64,000 bases of DNA. It comes from a bacterium (lineage in GTDB: Bacteria; Hinthialibacterota; Hinthialibacteria; Hinthialibacterales; Hinthialibacteraceae). The translations under genes were made by a program, and so were the position numbers. The DNA is taken from the NCBI GenBank assembly GCA_041946805.1, contig JBHGBC010000001.1, positions 135,588-199,587 of the forward strand, in the 5' to 3' direction. Positions 19,977 to 28,988 of the stretch are shown here, piece by piece. Position 1 is the first letter of the stretch; the number at the start of each line of letters is the position of its first letter. The notes below the pieces were generated by a model. The model searched no databases. It had not been told where the DNA came from and was given only the letters and a program-made list of their open reading frames with translations.

Positions 19977-22900
19977 GCGAGAACCGCGTGGAACGCTGTC
20001 CCTGCGCCTTGCGCTGGCCCGTCAATCCGGCCACGGACTTCTATTGCGGCTTTTGCGGGCGGCGGATGCGCGCCTTGGAGGCGGTTCCCCTTCCCAAGGT
20101 CCAAGCTCCCTGGATCATGGGAGGTGAATTCCTGCAAGTCGATCTCGAGATCCGCAACACGGGCCTCGTGCCGCTGACCGTCACCGGCCTGGAGTGGGTC
20201 TCGCCCCGGCCGCCGGAGCCCGGGATTCTGGCCGCCGCGCTGCCCAATCCCCTGGCTTTGCCGCCCCAAACGGAGAGCCATGTCTCTCTGCGGGTGGCCA
20301 TGATCCCCGAGGCCAAATCCCGGACGAAAATCGTCCTACAACTCCGCCTCGGGCCCGCTGACACCGGCCCGGGCCGCGTCCAGCTGAATCCCATCGAAAT
20401 CCCCCTCGCGCCGCCGCCCCGCGTCGAAGTGTCCGGACTGCAAGAGGGGCGGATTCTCCCCGTGGAACGCCTGGAGGAAAGTTTCACCCTCTCCCTGACG
20501 GCCGCCGATCAGGACATCATGCTGGCGGAGGAAAACCAGGTCGTCCTCAAGACGCGGGATGGGAAGGAAGAAGTCCCTCTCGATCCGGCGGTCCCGGTCT
20601 CCCTCCGCCTGCTGCGCTCCCGCCAGCCGGTGGAGTTCCAATTCTCCTCCCCGGCCGCGCTTTTCCCGGGCCAGACACGGGACCGGGACGTTTTCGTGGC
20701 GTTGCGGATCCAGGGTATGGCAACCCCCGTCCGGACGGATATCTTCACCCTGCGCAAACAGATCCCCGCCGAATTCACCCTGCAGTTGGAACTGCCCGAC
20801 GGCATGACGCCGCGGGTGCTCAAGGGGTATCAGCGTTCGTTCGGCCTCCTCCTGCTCAACCGGAGCCCGCGGATTTTCTCTCTGCAAAAGATCACCGTCG
20901 ACCTTCCGGCGTATCTGCGCGAACAAGGTCTCCTGGCCCATGTGCTACCTGCACGGACACCGCCTTTCTTCGTCGAGAAAGTCAAACGGATCGAACTGGG
21001 AACCCTGGTGTTGAACACCGAACGTTGGTCGGGCGGCAGCACGCGCAGTGAGATCCGGATTACCGCCGAAGTGGAAAACGGCCCGGCGGTCCACACACCC
21101 TTGCCCATCCACATCGTGGTCTCCCGGCCGGACTACAACCGCCCCCTGGGTATCGACTTCGGCAACACCAACACCTCGGCGGCGCATTTCGACGACCGCA
21201 ATCTGCCCCTGGTGATTCCCCTCACCCCGCTGGTTCATTGGCCCAGTTTGCGCAATCAATCCATCAACCCCCACGTGGTGGCCACTCTCGTGCAATACGC
21301 GCCGGCCGGAGACAGCGATAGCGATTGGACCGCCCAAAGCGTCCGGGTGGCCGATGTGGGCGAACCGGTCCGCGCCCGGATGAAGCAAAACCCCATCCAC
21401 GGGCGGCGCGTGGTCAGCTTTTTCAAGCCGCGGATCGGCTTCGGCGAGGCGTACCGCTTCCCCTTGATGCCCGATGTCCGGAACAAAACCTTCGATTCCG
21501 TCACCGCCGACTACCTCCAGCGTGTGTTGTTGGCCGTCGAGGAAGAAACCGGGCTGACCCACCGCCGCCTGGTGCTCACCCACCCCGTCCGCTTCTGGAC
21601 CCGCCAGCGCGAAGCCTTGCGGGCGGCCCTGTTCCACGCCATCCGGGAGCGGAAGGAGGATCCGGAAGAGTGGACGGTCTCGTTTCTCGACGAGGCCACC
21701 GCCGTCATCCTGTACCATACCATCGGCCGCTACGTGCTGGGCCATGCCGTCCCGGAGGAAGGACCGGCGGAACAGGAAACCGTCCTGGTTTTCGATTTCG
21801 GGGGCGGAACCATCGACATGACGCTCTGCGAAGTCTCCCGCGATCTCGAAACCGGCCATTGTTTGATTCGCCATCTGGATTTCGACGGCACGGGGGAATT
21901 CGGCGGAGAACGGATTACCGAATTGATCGCCCAGCGGCTCTACGAACGGGCCTGCGAGGCCGCCAACGGCCTTGAAAGCCCACGTCCAGGCGAATCTCCG
22001 GGCGCGGCCGTGGCTCTGCGGGAAAGTGGGGAAGAAATCTTCGGCGGGAAGAAAAAAAGCGGGAAATCCTCCGCGCCCGCCAAGTTTCACCATGCCGTGA
22101 ACACCAAATCCGGCGCGGTGGTGATCCCCTACGGCCGCTGGGACGTGTATCCCACGGTATGGGACCAGCACACCAAAACCGCGATCGACAATTACGTCAA
22201 ATTGTATTATGGAGCCGAGGATCTGAAAATCGACAGCCTCGATCCCAGCGAAAACGAAGCCGGCGATCCCGCGGTCTTCGATCAAATCGACCGGCAGTTT
22301 GAGGTCACCACCGTGCCGGCCAACGACAACCACGCGCCCCCGGTCCGGTTCTCGTTCCCGTACCGGTTCAAGAACGACCGGGACGGCTTGAAACAAGCCG
22401 TGCTGACCGGCCTGGAAGGGGCGCTGGAGATGGTCCGCAAAATGATCGGCCGCTTCCGCGAACGCGCGCGCCTCGAGGGAAATCCCCTTCCCCGCCTCTC
22501 CCGCGTGCTGATGAGCGGCCAATCGAGCCGCCTGCCCTTTATTCAGGAGGCCCTGCGGCAGGCGGTGCAAGAAGCCAACGAGGGGGAACCGGTCGAAGTG
22601 GAACTGCTGAATCCCCTGAAAGAAGCGGTGGCGCTGGGGGCCGCCATCTACGGCGCACTGGATGACCTGGCGCAGGTGGAGATGAACCGGTGCGGCCGGG
22701 TGCATATTTTTCTGCAAAAGCCTGGGGGCGCGATCGGGGCCGGCGCGTTTGTCCCGGTTTTCCGCCGCTTGTCTCCCCTGCCCGCCACCGTGATCTGTTC
22801 CTCGATAAACCAGGAAGGCGCCATTCATTATCCGTTGTATTACGGCATGCGGATCCGGGTGATCGAATCGTTTGTGGATCTCTCGGACCGGCGGGAACTC

Positions 22901-23125
22901 AATCAGGCGGTCCTCGATCAAGATTACCGGGTGTTGGCGGAGATCCCCGTGACTCCCCCCGGCTGGAATCACGGAGACATCCGCGGTGCGGCGTTGAAAA
23001 TCACCTTCTCCGAGGATGAGCAAATCACCGTGACGCTTGTCCCCGGCGCTTCCACGGCATCCCGCGTCGAATCCGTCCGGATCTGGCCCCGCCCGGCTTC
23101 GGAGCCGCGCGGCCGGGCGGAATGA
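19973..23125 (+). CDS. Hsp70/actin-like ATPase fused to N-terminal Zn-ribbon and Ig-like domains
   Basis: CPC..FYCGFCG; GIDFGNTNT (21149-21175), LTHP, LDEATA, FDFGGGTID, FGGERIT, MSGQSSRLP and EAVALGAA; C-terminal beta region resembling a substrate-binding domain (SBD). Confidence 0.85.
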   Translation: MSENRVERCPCALRWPVNPATDFYCGFCGRRMRALEAVPLPKVQAPWIMGGEFLQVDLEIRNTGLVPLTVTGLEWVSPRPPEPGILAAALPNPLALPPQTESHVSLRVAMIPEAKSRTKIVLQLRLGPADTGPGRVQLNPIEIPLAPPPRVEVSGLQEGRILPVERLEESFTLSLTAADQDIMLAEENQVVLKTRDGKEEVPLDPAVPVSLRLLRSRQPVEFQFSSPAALFPGQTRDRDVFVALRIQGMATPVRTDIFTLRKQIPAEFTLQLELPDGMTPRVLKGYQRSFGLLLLNRSPRIFSLQKITVDLPAYLREQGLLAHVLPARTPPFFVEKVKRIELGTLVLNTERWSGGSTRSEIRITAEVENGPAVHTPLPIHIVVSRPDYNRPLGIDFGNTNTSAAHFDDRNLPLVIPLTPLVHWPSLRNQSINPHVVATLVQYAPAGDSDSDWTAQSVRVADVGEPVRARMKQNPIHGRRVVSFFKPRIGFGEAYRFPLMPDVRNKTFDSVTADYLQRVLLAVEEETGLTHRRLVLTHPVRFWTRQREALRAALFHAIRERKEDPEEWTVSFLDEATAVILYHTIGRYVLGHAVPEEGPAEQETVLVFDFGGGTIDMTLCEVSRDLETGHCLIRHLDFDGTGEFGGERITELIAQRLYERACEAANGLESPRPGESPGAAVALRESGEEIFGGKKKSGKSSAPAKFHHAVNTKSGAVVIPYGRWDVYPTVWDQHTKTAIDNYVKLYYGAEDLKIDSLDPSENEAGDPAVFDQIDRQFEVTTVPANDNHAPPVRFSFPYRFKNDRDGLKQAVLTGLEGALEMVRKMIGRFRERARLEGNPLPRLSRVLMSGQSSRLPFIQEALRQAVQEANEGEPVEVELLNPLKEAVALGAAIYGALDDLAQVEMNRCGRVHIFLQKPGGAIGAGAFVPVFRRLSPLPATVICSSINQEGAIHYPLYYGMRIRVIESFVDLSDRRELNQAVLDQDYRVLAEIPVTPPGWNHGDIRGAALKITFSEDEQITVTLVPGASTASRVESVRIWPRPASEPRGRAE

Positions 23126-23140
23126 AGGAGGAGCCCGCCG

Positions 23141-24175
23141 ATGGGCGTTTTGGCTGTCGATTTCTGCCAGGTTCCTCCCCAATGGGCGGACCACGAAGGC
23201 CGAACCGGCCAGGCGCAGGATGGCTGGTGGGGTATCCCGCGGAACGGCGGTATCGCCTGGGACCAGGACGTGGACTCAAAAAGAGATACCGAATCCAGCG
23301 GAGAGAAATCCTTCATCGCCCACCCGGCCCAGGCGGTGGATTCCATGCCTCCCGCGAGCGCCGGGACGGCCCTCTACCCCCTGTTCCGCCGTGTGTTCGC
23401 GGCCCGGCCGGGGAGTGGGGACGAGTGGCTGGTTTTATTGCTCCCGGCGGGCGCGTCTCCCGCCAGCGGAGCTTCCTTGCGGAACTCGGCGCGGCGGGCG
23501 GGATGGCCGGGCCCGGTTTTTCTCACGGACGGCGCGGTGGCGCTGGCCCTGGCCCACGCCTGGAAGAAATCCCGCGCGGCGGCCGTCTTCACCGTGCTGC
23601 GGGACCGGATCTTGGCCGTGGAAGGCTCCTTGATGACCGTCCACGCGAGTGGAAACACGTTGGCGGCGGAGTTGGTGTGCCAATGCCGCCGGGAGGATAA
23701 AAACGAAACGGTCCGCGTGATCCGGGAGACAGGATGGGATCCCGGCACGGTAATGGATGGCTCTTGCTTGGATCCTTCCCGCGGTTCTCTGGAGAACGTG
23801 GCCCGGATGATGAACGAAACTCGCGGGGGGAAAGTGATATTGGAAATAAAAAGGATGGGTGTCTTGGGAACGCGCGCCCGGCAATGGGACTTGTGCCCCC
23901 TGATCGGCGAGGACGCGCCCGTCACCGCCGCCCGGGAATACGAGCTCCAAGCCGGAAAAGACGCTCTGGCGGCCTTGGAATTTTGGTTTGGCTACAATGC
24001 GTCGGCCTTGCACCCGCTCGCCGGAATCCGCTTGACCCGCGGCCGCCTGGATCCGGCCCCGGCCAAAGCGCGGTGCCGCGTGGTCCGGCGATTGAACGGC
24101 GATGTCCAGGTCACGGCCGAATGGAACACCGGAAGCGAAAGCCGGGACCTTTCGTTTCCGATACTCTGGCTCTAA
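23141..24175 (+). CDS. Degenerate (probably inactive) Hsp70-like protein
   Basis: LAVDF; LVLLLPAG..LRNSARRAGW..LTDGAVALALAH parallels DnaK VITVPA..AGRIAGL..INEPTAAALAY; C-terminus resembles the DnaK SBD; AAGGAGG RBS. Confidence 0.65.
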   Translation: MGVLAVDFCQVPPQWADHEGRTGQAQDGWWGIPRNGGIAWDQDVDSKRDTESSGEKSFIAHPAQAVDSMPPASAGTALYPLFRRVFAARPGSGDEWLVLLLPAGASPASGASLRNSARRAGWPGPVFLTDGAVALALAHAWKKSRAAAVFTVLRDRILAVEGSLMTVHASGNTLAAELVCQCRREDKNETVRVIRETGWDPGTVMDGSCLDPSRGSLENVARMMNETRGGKVILEIKRMGVLGTRARQWDLCPLIGEDAPVTAAREYELQAGKDALAALEFWFGYNASALHPLAGIRLTRGRLDPAPAKARCRVVRRLNGDVQVTAEWNTGSESRDLSFPILWL

Positions 24176-24187
24176 GGAGGGGGGATC

Positions 24188-25723
24188 TTGCGAGGCGATA
24201 ATTCATACAGTTCGTTTTCCGGCGGTTCGCCATCTTATTCCAAACAGATGACCGACAAGCAATTTATTTTGGAGTACAGCGTCACTCCCAAGTCGTCCAA
24301 GTATCCCAACCTGTTATGGAAAGGATTTCAGGTCCTGACCGAGGAACGAGAAGACCATACGATCGAGTGCGCGCTTTCGGTGCCCCGGTTCATCAACAAC
24401 CTCAAGGTCATCAATGTCTTCATCGACCATCCCTCCGTGCCGGCGCAAGGCCGTTCCTTTTGGGTGGATCCGGAACGCAACGCCTTCATCTCCTCCCATT
24501 CGTTGATCCTGCATCCCATGGACCAGGCGGCGGCCGAGGGCAAACTCTACCTCATTCAGGAAGGCAATATTCAATCTGAGTACCAGCTCCGTATTTCATG
24601 CCGGATGAAGCAGGGCGCACCCTCTCCGCCCGCCTCCCCTCCGGCTTCTTCCCGCCCTCCGGAATCTTTTCGCGGCCCGGCCCGGAACGTCGTGACCTCC
24701 ACGGCGCCGCGGCCTTCCGAAATCCGGCCGGAATCCAGGTCCCCGGCGCCCCCGGCGGATCCCCAACTGTCCGTCTTGATCGACACTCTGAGCCGCAAGG
24801 TGGAAGCCTTGGCCGCCATCACGCAAAACATCAACACCCGCATGCAGGAAATCAAGATGTCCCTGCACGATATCCGCGGCCAGCTGGAGGTGTTGCAGCA
24901 AGGAATGAAAAACAACCTCCCCGAAACCGCCTTCGAGGATTTCAAGGAAACGCTGCGCCAGGTTTTCACGAATCTGGCCCAGAAAAAATGCGGGGAAATC
25001 ACCGCCTCCCGCAAGCCCGCCCTGGCCGGCAACCGCTACTTCCAGATGCTGGACAATTTCGTGACCGGGCTCAAAGCCGGCCACGCCGCCCGGATCCGCC
25101 TGGAAAACCTGCATCCCGAGTTTCACAATGAAATCCACCGCTTCGCGGCCGATGTCAATCAGACCTTGGGATGGCTCTCCGGACCGGATGTCGAGGTTTA
25201 TTTCGCCAAGCTCGACATCCCCCCCTACGCGAAATTCCTGAAATCCGTCACCCAAAAACAGATCGACGAGTGGCGGCGGAATCCGGACCCGCTCCAACCG
25301 GCGGATTTTGACCTGGATTCCCACGTCCGGCGGCGGTTGTTCTCTCTTTTTCAGCGGGAATATGAAAACCTGCTGGAAGACCTGTCCGCCGGAGCCGGCG
25401 GTGAAGAACCTATGATCCAATCGTATGCAAACATCGTCAACGAGATTCTCCCCCGGCATTTCGACGGCATCGAAACGTTGGAAGCCCAGGGGAAATCCCG
25501 CGATGAAAATATGTTCGAGCTCGTCAATCTGTATTTCACCAGTGTGTTGAATCCGTTGGGCCTGGAGTTGATCCCGGTGGAAGCCGGCGATCCCTTCGAT
25601 CCCCAGCTGCACAACAACGAGAACCATCTCGGCGCCTCCGGCCCGACGGTCCGGACCGTGAAAAAACGCGGCTACCGCACCGTCACCGGACAAATCATCC
25701 GCAAACCGTCGATTTTCGCCTGA
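24188..25723 (+). CDS. Coiled-coil protein with C-terminal GrpE-like domain
   Basis: C-terminal LGLELIPVEAGDPFDPQLH..VRTVKKRGY..IIRKP matches the GrpE beta-domain pattern; TAAGGAGG before TTG 24188 (alternative ATG 24248). Confidence 0.75.
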   Translation: MRGDNSYSSFSGGSPSYSKQMTDKQFILEYSVTPKSSKYPNLLWKGFQVLTEEREDHTIECALSVPRFINNLKVINVFIDHPSVPAQGRSFWVDPERNAFISSHSLILHPMDQAAAEGKLYLIQEGNIQSEYQLRISCRMKQGAPSPPASPPASSRPPESFRGPARNVVTSTAPRPSEIRPESRSPAPPADPQLSVLIDTLSRKVEALAAITQNINTRMQEIKMSLHDIRGQLEVLQQGMKNNLPETAFEDFKETLRQVFTNLAQKKCGEITASRKPALAGNRYFQMLDNFVTGLKAGHAARIRLENLHPEFHNEIHRFAADVNQTLGWLSGPDVEVYFAKLDIPPYAKFLKSVTQKQIDEWRRNPDPLQPADFDLDSHVRRRLFSLFQREYENLLEDLSAGAGGEEPMIQSYANIVNEILPRHFDGIETLEAQGKSRDENMFELVNLYFTSVLNPLGLELIPVEAGDPFDPQLHNNENHLGASGPTVRTVKKRGYRTVTGQIIRKPSIFA

Positions 25724-25944
25724 GATCTTCAAATGCAACAAGGTACGCCGCGGGAGTCACATTCATGCTCGGTATCGACGGGATAAAAAACGTAGGATGG
25801 ATTAATGCGCAGCGCGTAATCCATCAATATCTTGGTCATCCTGTATATCCTGACCATCCTGATTCAGTCAAAAACCGGTCCCCTCTCCCTCTGGGAGAGG
25901 GCCAGGGTGAGGGAAGACACGCGCGCTCGACCGGATGATCTTAC

Positions 25945-27264
25945 ATGACGCCCGACACCTTCCTCTCCTCCGTGTCTTATCCCGAATCCCCGGGCGGGTT
26001 TTCCATCCCCGGCCCGGCTGAGGTCCTCCTTGCCCCTGACGCGCTGTCCCAAATCAATCCCCCTTCCCTCCCCGCTCCCCAAATCGCGGTCTCGGCTGAA
26101 TTGAAATTCAGTCAGCCCCCCACCCGGCCCGTACCCGGCCCGGTTCGTCTCCATCCCCAAACCGGACAACGGGATATCGAACTACGCGTGGGCGAAGCAG
26201 GTTCCGTTTGCCTGGGCGCTCCCCGCCTGGAAGAACCGGGCTTTTACGTGTTCCAACGCCAGGCAGAAGCACGCGCGATCGATTCCGGCCGGATTGTGTA
26301 CGATATCGACACCCGGGAAGGCCTCTGGGTGCTTCCCTCGAATCCCCATGAACCACCCGCCGTGGAAACCTGGCTCTGCGGAATCCGCGGTCCCCGCCGG
26401 GACGCGGCGCACCCCTTGCCCGCGCATGGCCATCATATCCGGGTGGACCGCGAGGGGGCGCGCAGCGTGATCACCCACGATCCCGCCGTGTGGATCGCCA
26501 ATCCCCATGGGCATTCCGTCAAGTCAATGGCCAAAAAACTGAAGCCCTGGGACCTGACCGCCGATAAGGGTGGTCTCGTGTTGCGGCCGCGGCCGGATTA
26601 CTTTGCCTCCATTCCCGAGGAGGCCGTGATCTCACTCCCCCGCCTGAAATTACGTCTCCGGCTCGTTAAATACTGCTGGCCCGCGGCGCTCACGGCGGAG
26701 TTGCTTTCTTCTCCTGCCAATCCGGAATCCGCCTCCATCCGCCTCCAGTGGCGGGGGACCCGGCCGGTCCGGATCATGCTGCGCGGCGCGGGGACGGATC
26801 CGTTCCCGCCCATGACCACCGTGCTCTCCGGCGATAATCCCGAACGCTTGTTGACCATTCCACCCGCCGCCTGCGCCGGGCCCCGCCGCGGAAGCGTGGC
26901 CGTGGAATCTGACGAAACGGTCATCACTTGCCGCGTGCGGATTCTGCCGCTTCCTCCACAGCGCCGCCTGGCCTGTTATCCACCCTTGATCGTGTGGGGA
27001 GATGACGACCGGACCGTCAACGCGGGAGTGGTTTTCGCGCCGGAAGAACCGGCGGATTTCCGCGTCATTCCGCCCCCGGAAATGGCCTCCTGTGAATGGG
27101 AACCCGGCGGGCAGCCGGGCGCGTTCCGGTTTCATCTTGCCGGCCCCCGGCCCGGCCCGCCCTGGGCGGGATGCGTCACGGTGATCGACATTCATTCCGG
27201 CGCGCGCGGGTATATTCCTGTCATCCGCCTGTCAATACCAGCCATACCCGAGGACCCATGCTAA
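25945..27264 (+). CDS. Hypothetical Pro/beta-rich protein
   Basis: 439-aa ORF whose stop overlaps the start of the MotA-like gene. Confidence 0.65.
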   Translation: MTPDTFLSSVSYPESPGGFSIPGPAEVLLAPDALSQINPPSLPAPQIAVSAELKFSQPPTRPVPGPVRLHPQTGQRDIELRVGEAGSVCLGAPRLEEPGFYVFQRQAEARAIDSGRIVYDIDTREGLWVLPSNPHEPPAVETWLCGIRGPRRDAAHPLPAHGHHIRVDREGARSVITHDPAVWIANPHGHSVKSMAKKLKPWDLTADKGGLVLRPRPDYFASIPEEAVISLPRLKLRLRLVKYCWPAALTAELLSSPANPESASIRLQWRGTRPVRIMLRGAGTDPFPPMTTVLSGDNPERLLTIPPAACAGPRRGSVAVESDETVITCRVRILPLPPQRRLACYPPLIVWGDDDRTVNAGVVFAPEEPADFRVIPPPEMASCEWEPGGQPGAFRFHLAGPRPGPPWAGCVTVIDIHSGARGYIPVIRLSIPAIPEDPC

Positions 27265-28988
27265 GCCAAGTAATACTCTACCTGTTCTCAACTCCCGCCT
27301 TGCGCGAATACCTGGATTCGCTTTCCAGCATCGCCTGGAGCCTGATCGAAGCGATCGCCTGGATTCTCCTGGCGGGCGGGATCACCATGGGAATCCATGT
27401 GGCCCGGCGGATGCTCCTCTTGCTGCGCCTGCGGGGAGTGGCGCGCGTCATCCAAAATACGGACTGGCAGCCGCTGGCCATCCCCCAACGCTTCGCGCAG
27501 CTGAAGCCTATCTGCAAGCCGGCCGCGGGCCTGCGCTGGGCCGTCGAGACCATGGAACGGCTTTCATCCCGGCAATATTCCAACCGGATGGAGGAGGTCA
27601 TCGACCTGTGCGTGGCGCGTTACCGCCCGCCCGAAATTTACACCCTGCTGCCCCGCCTCGCCATCATGACCGGCCTCATGGGCACCCTGATCGGCCTGCT
27701 GATCGCGGTGCAGGATGTGTATCTGAAAGTGGAATCGCTCGACAGCATCGACAGCCTGCGCGCTCCCTTGCACTCTACCCTTAGCGGGCTCAGCACCGCC
27801 TTTGTGACCACCCTCGCCGGGGTTTTCGCCGCCGCCGTGTTAAGCCCCCTCCTGGTTCTGACCCGCTGGAGCTCGTTCCAGGTCATCAACCGCCTGGATG
27901 CTTTATTGTCCACCGAGATCCTGCCCCTGGTCACACCTCCCAAGCGCGCGCGGAAACAAACCCTGGGGCAAATGGTGGAGAAAGTCAGCCGCGCGGTGGT
28001 CGAAAACACCATGGGCGGCCTCGTGCGCGAAACCGCCGCCGGCGTGAACGAACTGAGTGTCCGCCTGGCCGAGGCCGTCAACGCCGCCGCCAGCCGCCAG
28101 GCCGATATGCACGGCGTGGTGTTCAAACTGGAGCAGGCGGGCGAGGGCCTGCAAGAGGCCGCCGGCAAAATCCACGGCGCGTTGGGGCAACTGAACGAAT
28201 ACTTGCTCACCCTGACGCAAACCATCGCCCGCCTGACGCCCGAAGCCGAAATCCGCGAACAAAACGCCCGGCTGCTGGGCGCGATCGTCAAGGAAGAACT
28301 TTCGGAACTGGGGGATGAACTGCGCCGCTTCAACGCCGATTGGTCCGAACGCCTGCGGCAGTTCCCCGCGGGCCTCGAACCGTTGGGCATTCTTATCGAC
28401 AAGGCCGTCAAGGATCTGCGCGACGACCTGGGCTCTTTGCCATCCCGCGTCATCGCCCACTTGCAGCCCATCACCGAGCAACTCAAGGATTTGAATGTTT
28501 TGGCCCAAAACGAAAGGGAATGGTGGCGGGCCCGGGCCGGAAAAGTCCCCGAAGATCTGTCTCAGGCCCTCTCCCGTCATCTCGAGCCCCTGCAGGCCGC
28601 CGCGCTGGAAGCGTTGAGAAACCAAACCGCGCGTCTGGACGAGATCCGCGGTGTGCTGGAGCCTTTCTCAGGCGTCCTGGAGCGCATCGTCCAGCGGATC
28701 GAAGAGGGGTATCTCTCGCTGCCCACGGTCTCGGTGACCACCCCGGCGGGAGAGGCTCCGGAACCAGCCGGAACGGCGGGCGCGAATCTGGATGAAATCA
28801 AAGCGGGTCTCTGGCAATTGGGCCAGCAATCCCTGCGGACCCTCACTGCCGTCCGCGAGTCGGCCAACGAATACCGGCAAATGCACCAGGACCTGCGGCA
28901 GCTCATAGGCCTGCTCCAGCCGGACCGGCGTCCTTTGTGGCGGCGGATGCGTTCCTGGATTCAGGGAGACGGAGACAAACCGTCATGA
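27258..28988 (+). CDS. MotA/TolQ/ExbB-family membrane protein with long helical tail (ZorA-like architecture)
   Basis: PRLAIMTGLMGTLIGL and LSGLSTAFVTTLAGV channel helices followed by ~350 aa of amphipathic helix; ATG 27258. Confidence 0.85.
   Translation: MLSQVILYLFSTPALREYLDSLSSIAWSLIEAIAWILLAGGITMGIHVARRMLLLLRLRGVARVIQNTDWQPLAIPQRFAQLKPICKPAAGLRWAVETMERLSSRQYSNRMEEVIDLCVARYRPPEIYTLLPRLAIMTGLMGTLIGLLIAVQDVYLKVESLDSIDSLRAPLHSTLSGLSTAFVTTLAGVFAAAVLSPLLVLTRWSSFQVINRLDALLSTEILPLVTPPKRARKQTLGQMVEKVSRAVVENTMGGLVRETAAGVNELSVRLAEAVNAAASRQADMHGVVFKLEQAGEGLQEAAGKIHGALGQLNEYLLTLTQTIARLTPEAEIREQNARLLGAIVKEELSELGDELRRFNADWSERLRQFPAGLEPLGILIDKAVKDLRDDLGSLPSRVIAHLQPITEQLKDLNVLAQNEREWWRARAGKVPEDLSQALSRHLEPLQAAALEALRNQTARLDEIRGVLEPFSGVLERIVQRIEEGYLSLPTVSVTTPAGEAPEPAGTAGANLDEIKAGLWQLGQQSLRTLTAVRESANEYRQMHQDLRQLIGLLQPDRRPLWRRMRSWIQGDGDKPS

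Noticed and set aside
20945..23194. 749-aa minus-strand ORF
   Set aside because: Antisense to the Hsp70-like gene, which has clear motifs and coupled junctions
16917..25723. Calling these genes ftsZ, dnaK and grpE
   Set aside because: Sizes, extra domains, motif divergence and context (no dcw cluster, no hrcA/dnaJ) do not fit the housekeeping orthologues
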